A stretch of 63,618 bases of DNA, the filler included, from Dugesia japonica (taxonomy: Eukaryota), in NCBI GenBank assembly GCA_001938525.1. It is 6 parts of 6 records of this genome, joined end to end, with 100 filler letters (N's around TTAATTAATTAA, not from the genome) between each part and the next. Parts side by side here need not be neighbours in the genome. Positions count along the whole stretch, not along the records: positions 55,199 to 63,618 come from MQRL01527823.1; 5 more parts are not named here. One strand, given 5' to 3'. Position numbers and translations under genes: made by a program. Within the stretch, counting starts at the first letter, position 1. Each line of letters opens with the position of its first letter. Positions 62,221 to 63,618 of the stretch are shown piece by piece. The notes under the pieces are model-generated. The model had not been told where the DNA came from. It did not search any database and saw only the letters and a program-made list of their open reading frames with translations.

Positions 62221-63618
62221 AGCATACTATTGTTATTTTTATTTAAAGATTTCACATAAAAATTTTATTTGTTTTTCACACTATAATGGTTATTTTAATG
62301 AACCAACTAATGAACTAATTAAACAAATAATGAATAATTAAAAATGACAGTCATAAAATTATGAGAATGATCGCTAATCAATATGCGTCAACTAAAAACC
62401 TATATTAAATAAGAAATAATAAATTTTACAATACTCAACTGTAAAATATAAACTTTAATGCTCAATAAAAGTATTTTTAAACTATAAATTATTCTACATT
62501 TAGAAAGTAAATGACGATTATGTAGTGTGAGACATTTAAATAGTTATAATAAAATATTTATTGATGTTAATCAATACATAAATACCATCTCTGATCTATT
62601 GCAATTATTTGTTTACAAATTTACAAAAATCACTAATTTTATATGAAATTAGATTTTACAAAAATTTCTCATCTGTTTCAGTAAAATTAAAATAATTTAA
62701 TTTTTTGATTTACAAAAATGACTTGACAATATCATTTTCGGTAACCATTAATTTGTTATTTTATAGTTAAACTATTTAAAAATAAATTGACAGTCTCTTT
62801 CATTATTTTTCGTATTAAGAACTTTGTTAATAAATAAATAAATATGATCAAACTAGTTTTTTCTTTCGTATCAGGCTTATCGTGAAAAGCATTTTTTAAA
62901 TTCACCTGTTAACTGGATATGATGACATTTTTCGTCATTGGAATTAAATTTGTTATGTTGAACGCATTACGTTTTATGTAGTTCTTAAGTATGTAATCCT
63001 AGCGTGGTTATTTGGCATTGTATTGTTGACGAGTCATGTACATGTGCAATCATGGTTTTGCAATCTGGTATATACATTGTGAATCAAATTTGCACAATGT
63101 GGCTTTATTTTTGTCTGCATTTCAGTATTTTACATATTAGTGATTTCAGTAATTGTTATCTTCTTCAAAATATGGCTAAAAGTTAGTTCGAAAAAATGAA
63201 ATAATTTTGAATTTTTGGCGTAGAGTTATAAGCAGCAGTCGCAGTTCAGAAAATCCGATAAGGACTTTACGGATGAACCAAATGATGAGGAATCAGAAGG
63301 AAAAAAATACTTATATATTAAATATTATTAAACATTTTGTGCAAATATTAGAAAATCAATATGTTAAAAACCATTTTCTCGAATTACTTGAGCTGTGATA
63401 ACATTAGTTATCACTGTGAAAAGAAAGGCTCGGTGTGAAACGAGTTTCACAAAATTTTATTCCAGATTAAATTGTCTTTTAACACTACGACCAATTCAGT
63501 ATTTATAATTTAACAGATTTTCAGCTTGTGTAATTTGTGTGTGAGTTCATATACAACTAAAATAAAGAATAAATTACCTCGGTCTTTCTCAAAGTTTAAC
63601 AATTTGAAATATTTTTCT

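Noticed and set aside
62990-63500. Possible further transposase remnants
   Set aside because: No diagnostic motif was recoverable.

Overview
AT-rich eukaryotic (animal) draft-assembly DNA with very short GT-AG introns (about 41-63 nt). A flatworm/triclad origin is only a guess. The window is six unrelated scaffolds joined by an artificial N-TTAATTAATTAA-N spacer (14948, 26557, 36505, 45767, 55143), so order across spacers carries no information. Host genes are few: the 5' exons of an ANTH-domain PICALM/AP180 gene, the 3' exons of INTS8, and an intronless NTPDase/apyrase fragment with an inverted partial copy. The rest is mostly decayed mobile DNA: Gypsy LTR retrotransposons, Tc1/mariner elements (including a plant-type, Stowaway-ended one) and hAT MITEs. 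The dominant component is several Polinton/Maverick endogenous DNA virus remnants, with 8 termini of consensus AGTAGGTAGATAGT, pPolB, packaging ATPase, integrase and minor capsid protein. Three observations stand out. (1) Two syntenic Polinton copies encode a compact TATA-binding-protein homologue placed head-to-head with the packaging ATPase. (2) Histone-mRNA-type 3' stem-loops, each with a position-conserved downstream TGATT, follow a Polinton DNA polymerase gene and a viral helicase gene. (3) That helicase is a geminivirus/CRESS-Rep-like SF3 helicase with spliceosomal intron acceptors. Together these suggest, as inference only, a Polinton lineage with its own transcription factor and S-phase-coupled 3'-end processing. 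All calls are by eye; no searches were run.
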